Shown: positions 60,501 through 64,000 of the stretch, in pieces
Position numbering within the stretch: the first letter of the stretch is position 1
Layout: every line of letters starts with the position of its first letter
DNA from: Owenia fusiformis
Lineage: Eukaryota
Assembly: GCA_903813345.2 (NCBI GenBank)
Contig: CAIIXF020000001.1
Location: 42,098,001 to 42,162,000 of the forward strand
DNA length: 64,000 nt
Reading direction: 5' to 3'
Made by a program: the position numbers and the translations under genes
Notes under the pieces: model-generated
Seen by the model: the letters and a program-made list of their open reading frames with translations, nothing else
Told to the model about the DNA's origin: nothing
Databases searched by the model: none

Positions 60501-62914
60501 GTCCAAGTAAGGCTATTAAAACCTACAATGAAAATAAGATATGGGTTAGTGCCTCAAATTACAATTTCAAAATTGTGTTGGGATTTGTCTTTACTTGTGC
60601 TTCCATTCCAGACAAATGTTCTCCTGAGTGCCTACACGGTGGAAAGTGTAACAAGCGTGGAAAGTGTAAGTGCACCCTTGGCTACTCTGGGGTCCAGTGT
60701 CAAACCGTCGCTTGCCGTGTCCGGTGTCAAAATGGCGGCTACTGCAATGAACCCAACATATGCACGTGTCTCCCGGGATACACCGGGGAGAAATGTGAAA
60801 CACGTAAGCCCAGCTCATATCATATTTTATACTATTGCAAATTCAATTGAATAAAGAAATAAAAGAAAGAGTAGTAGTATTCAAAGAGTATATCACACCC
60901 TGTATTGACCATGTATGGTTTGTGTTTTTCAGCTGTCTGTGAAAATGAGTGCATGAATGGTGGCCGCTGTATAGCTCCCAATAAGTGTTCTTGTCCGCAC
61001 GGCACACTACCTCCCCTATGTAAAGGTAAACCAACAATTATCATCACACCATTAGATGTGTGCGTCGATTTGGAGCAGTCATTTTTGTAACTTTGAGAAA
61101 TTAAATGAAATATGAGGCTTGACTAGTTTATAAGGAAACCCAACCGAAACTGCGCAATAAATGACATTTAGTACAATCGGGAACTTTCCAACCTCAAATT
61201 TGAGGCATGTACAGTATAGCCAGAATTTAGCAAAATGCACTTGGATCTAGCATACCATCAGGTCGAACTGATGCATATTGATATGGAAATTGAACGCAAC
61301 AACTTCTGTCTCGCAAGCTTCAAGTAAAATGAATTAGACTTCCTAGTTCGGCAGTAAATAAAGACAGGCCGTCTGTTAAATCGCCTCTCTCGCTAAACTA
61401 ACATTTGTTTTTTCCTATGAACCATGGGCAATTTGTCAACTAGTTAGCTAGACAGGAGATCACTTTCAAAACTGCTGCTCAGTGTTTGCTTGTGTTTGAA
61501 TTTGGAACACCCATAAGCGGCTGTTGCAAAATTGTTGTCTAAAGCCATGTTCTACCTTTACATTAAAGCATGCTACAGTTTAGACAATTTATAGGAATAT
61601 TGGTTGTTTAGCAGGGCTTGTTTATGATTCACTGAGGTTGCCTTATGTGCGTTTTTATCATTTTGTTTGCTCTTAAAAAATTGTATCGTACACGTGCACG
61701 TGACTCTACATCTTATAAAATTGCGAACGTCACGCCTATTAGATCATGTCACTTTGACCAAGTTCATAAATCACACGATTAAAGCAGAAAAACTACTGTT
61801 CGTTTTTACATGTGAGTCATGTGATCCAACGCGTTAATATCTGAGAACTTTTAAAAATGTTGGTAAAGCTACAGACATTCCCCTATTTGTCTGTTTTACC
61901 TCTGTTCCGCCTTGGTGTCATAAATAATTACTCACCATTGCTCCAACACTCGCTACATGATGAGGTTAAACATGTTAAACCGATGAAAGATATAAACAGA
62001 AATATGGTGTTAGAAAACGATAGAGGTGTTTAAATATATGGCCTGTCTGCCCTACTCTATATAATAAATGTTCACCATCCAGAAGTAGCAAACAAATTAT
62101 TCTATGGTGTTATGTGCTTTAACTTTGAACAACCGATGGAAATCTAGTTGGTTGCTTTACCAATTGACGAGCTTTGACGGTTCATTGATCGTATCCAAAA
62201 ATGATCCCAAATTAGATTATAATGGTGTGTTTCTTTGTAAACTATTTTTGTTTTAAGTTTTATTTTAGGGGTTTACTATTTTTAGCATTTTTACATTCAT
62301 CTGTATGGTAAATCAAGAATCAGAGAAAATGAAACAATTTCAAATATTTCTGTTTTTTCATGTATGTTGTGCTAATAATCCCATTCATTTTCGATTCTCA
62401 CATATGGTAATTATGATTCCAGCGGCCTGTACGTCTCCTTGTTACAATGGGGGTAGTTGCCATGGTAATAATATATGCAAGTGCCTTCCTGGTTACTCAG
62501 GTAACCAATGCCAAACAGGTAAATTGAATTATTACTAAAAGTAAAAATAAAAAACAAAGCACTCAAAACAAAATTGTATCACAAACTTAACATTTACATC
62601 AAATCACTTTCCAGTACCCCATTCTCATTAAACATGTAAACATGATTGTTTGTGTGTAAATCCAGGTAATTATTCATCTTGTGAAACAATTGTGATAACA
62701 AAGACCTAATAACAGACTCAAGCTACACGTACTTCGGATAATAAAATTGAAACTTTATTTCCGATAACATTTGCAATGCACATTGAATCTTTGTAACCGG
62801 TATGTTCCTTGTTTCCAGCCGTATGTGAACAAGGTTGCGTCAATGGAGGAAGCTGCATTGCTCCCAACACATGTTCCTGTCCCCATGGTTACACGGGATC
62901 AGATTGCAGCCAAC
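51551..62914 (+). CDS. Secreted mosaic ECM-type protein: signal peptide, agrin NtA-like, TSP1, TSPN/LamG, polybasic linker, TSP1, at least 5 EGF-like repeats; 3' end lies beyond the window
   Basis: Exons 51551-52022, 58043-58186, 59238-59746, 59992-60175, 60345-60506, 60612-60803, 60933-61025, 62423-62518, 62819-62914; all GT-AG with matching phases and no stop. NtA-like motifs ADIVVTGSV and [15 protein letters not shown]1 [11 protein letters not shown] and [24 protein letters not shown]...[13 protein letters not shown]...VTLYLDC...[11 protein letters not shown] CxNGGxC...CxCxxGYxGxxC. Confidence 0.9.
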
Positions 62915-63586
62915 GTAAGTATATGGAAATACGTCACTATTCGTAGTAATTGAAGATGTCATTTTGGATAATTTTGTCGTAAATTGGATCAATGACAATT
63001 GAATTCATTCACTTATCTTTAACAATCATTTGGCAATTGGGTCTCTGACCGCTTTGTCTTTGGTTCATTTCCCATTGGTTGGAAAAGATCTCTGCGTTCC
63101 AAAACTTACGAGTTCTGCACAATGACGTCATGAATATATCGTAGCATTTATTGGGTCTAAATTTAGGTTTACATTGTCTATATTTATAGGAACAGAATGA
63201 ATTGCAAAATTGTGTAATTATACCACTTCTCTTAAAACAACTGTTCCTTTGGTTAATATAAAATAAGGGGGATACATTCTTTTGTACTAGTGAGCAAGTT
63301 AAAGTAAGGTGTTGGGCGAAATGCAATGAGAAAATGTTGCTTCAAAAGAAAATGTCAATGCTTTGGCTTCCAAATAGGGAAAATGTGAAATATGGAGGCA
63401 TGATGAGTTTTACATAATACAGGCGAAAATATGCAGTTCTGAAGAAAGCCATTTTGAATGAAAGGCCATTAATTTTTAATCCTGCTTTCATATTTTAGCA
63501 AGATTGTTAATTGCAAGCCATTGTTATGTTTGAATTATTGCTTAATTTAAATCATTTTTGGGATAGGGATGCCAGCACGTGGGCTC

Positions 63587-63625
63587 AAAACAAACAAACA
63601 AACAAACAAACAAACAAACAAACAA
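63587..63625. repeat. (AAAC)n microsatellite
   Basis: Direct reading. Confidence 0.9.
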
Positions 63626-64000
63626 TCTATAGCTTAAGGGTCTGCTTGAGGAATAGCCGTAGTAGACCACGATTGCTGAAATGAAATTGCCATTAATTTA
63701 CGAATCACAATATATTGACAGGATCGTTTAAGAATTTCAAAGAATCGTTATTTGGCATATTTCTGAGCAACAGCCCTCAGAACCAGTATGCATGTGTTTT
63801 TTAATACAGAGCTTTATCATAAAAGCTGGCATCACATACACATCATTAATTAACGAGTTAATCTGATATGACGCTGTCTATCTCTTTCTTTATCATCATC
63901 TTCTTTATTAACCTGATTCATGTTATGCTTCACTAGAAAGCAGACCAACCAAACCAACATAAATGATTTGCCGATCAAGTCAACTCAGATTAAATATTAA

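Noticed and set aside
60377..60850. Continuous ORF running TSP1 into EGF repeats
   Set aside because: 60507-60611 has canonical gtaagg...ttccag ends and non-domain sequence; a 105-nt stop-free intron is plausible by chance. Retention is not excluded but has no support here.

Overview
AT-rich animal genomic DNA with GT-AG introns; an invertebrate, plausibly a lophotrochozoan (inference only). I assembled four protein-coding genes by hand. (1) An intronless-CDS class A orphan GPCR on the minus strand (6726-7853). (2) A 4-exon, 313-aa secreted protein on the minus strand (10684-17485) that the ORF track almost entirely misses. It has a signal peptide, a prokineticin/astakine-like 14-Cys domain and a prohormone-like tail with dibasic sites and a GRR amidation signal, and it lies 2.8 kb upstream of the GPCR on the same strand. 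(3) A complete 10-exon PPT1 gene on the plus strand (19383-47136, 305 aa), head-to-head with gene 2 and including a 15-nt micro-exon. (4) The 5' part of a secreted mosaic protein: signal peptide, agrin-NtA-like domain, TSP1, TSPN/LamG, polybasic linker, TSP1 and at least five EGF repeats (51551 to beyond the window end). Introns and intergenic DNA are packed with non-autonomous DNA transposons. These include Tc1-type MITEs, a fossil Tc1, TTAA Kolobok-like elements, several CA...TG MITEs with 5-bp TSDs, a Transib-like element ending in an exact RSS heptamer (CACAGTG) with a 5-bp TSD, foldback elements and minisatellites. No rRNA, tRNA or CRISPR array was recognised. Family names come from motif recognition, not database searches.
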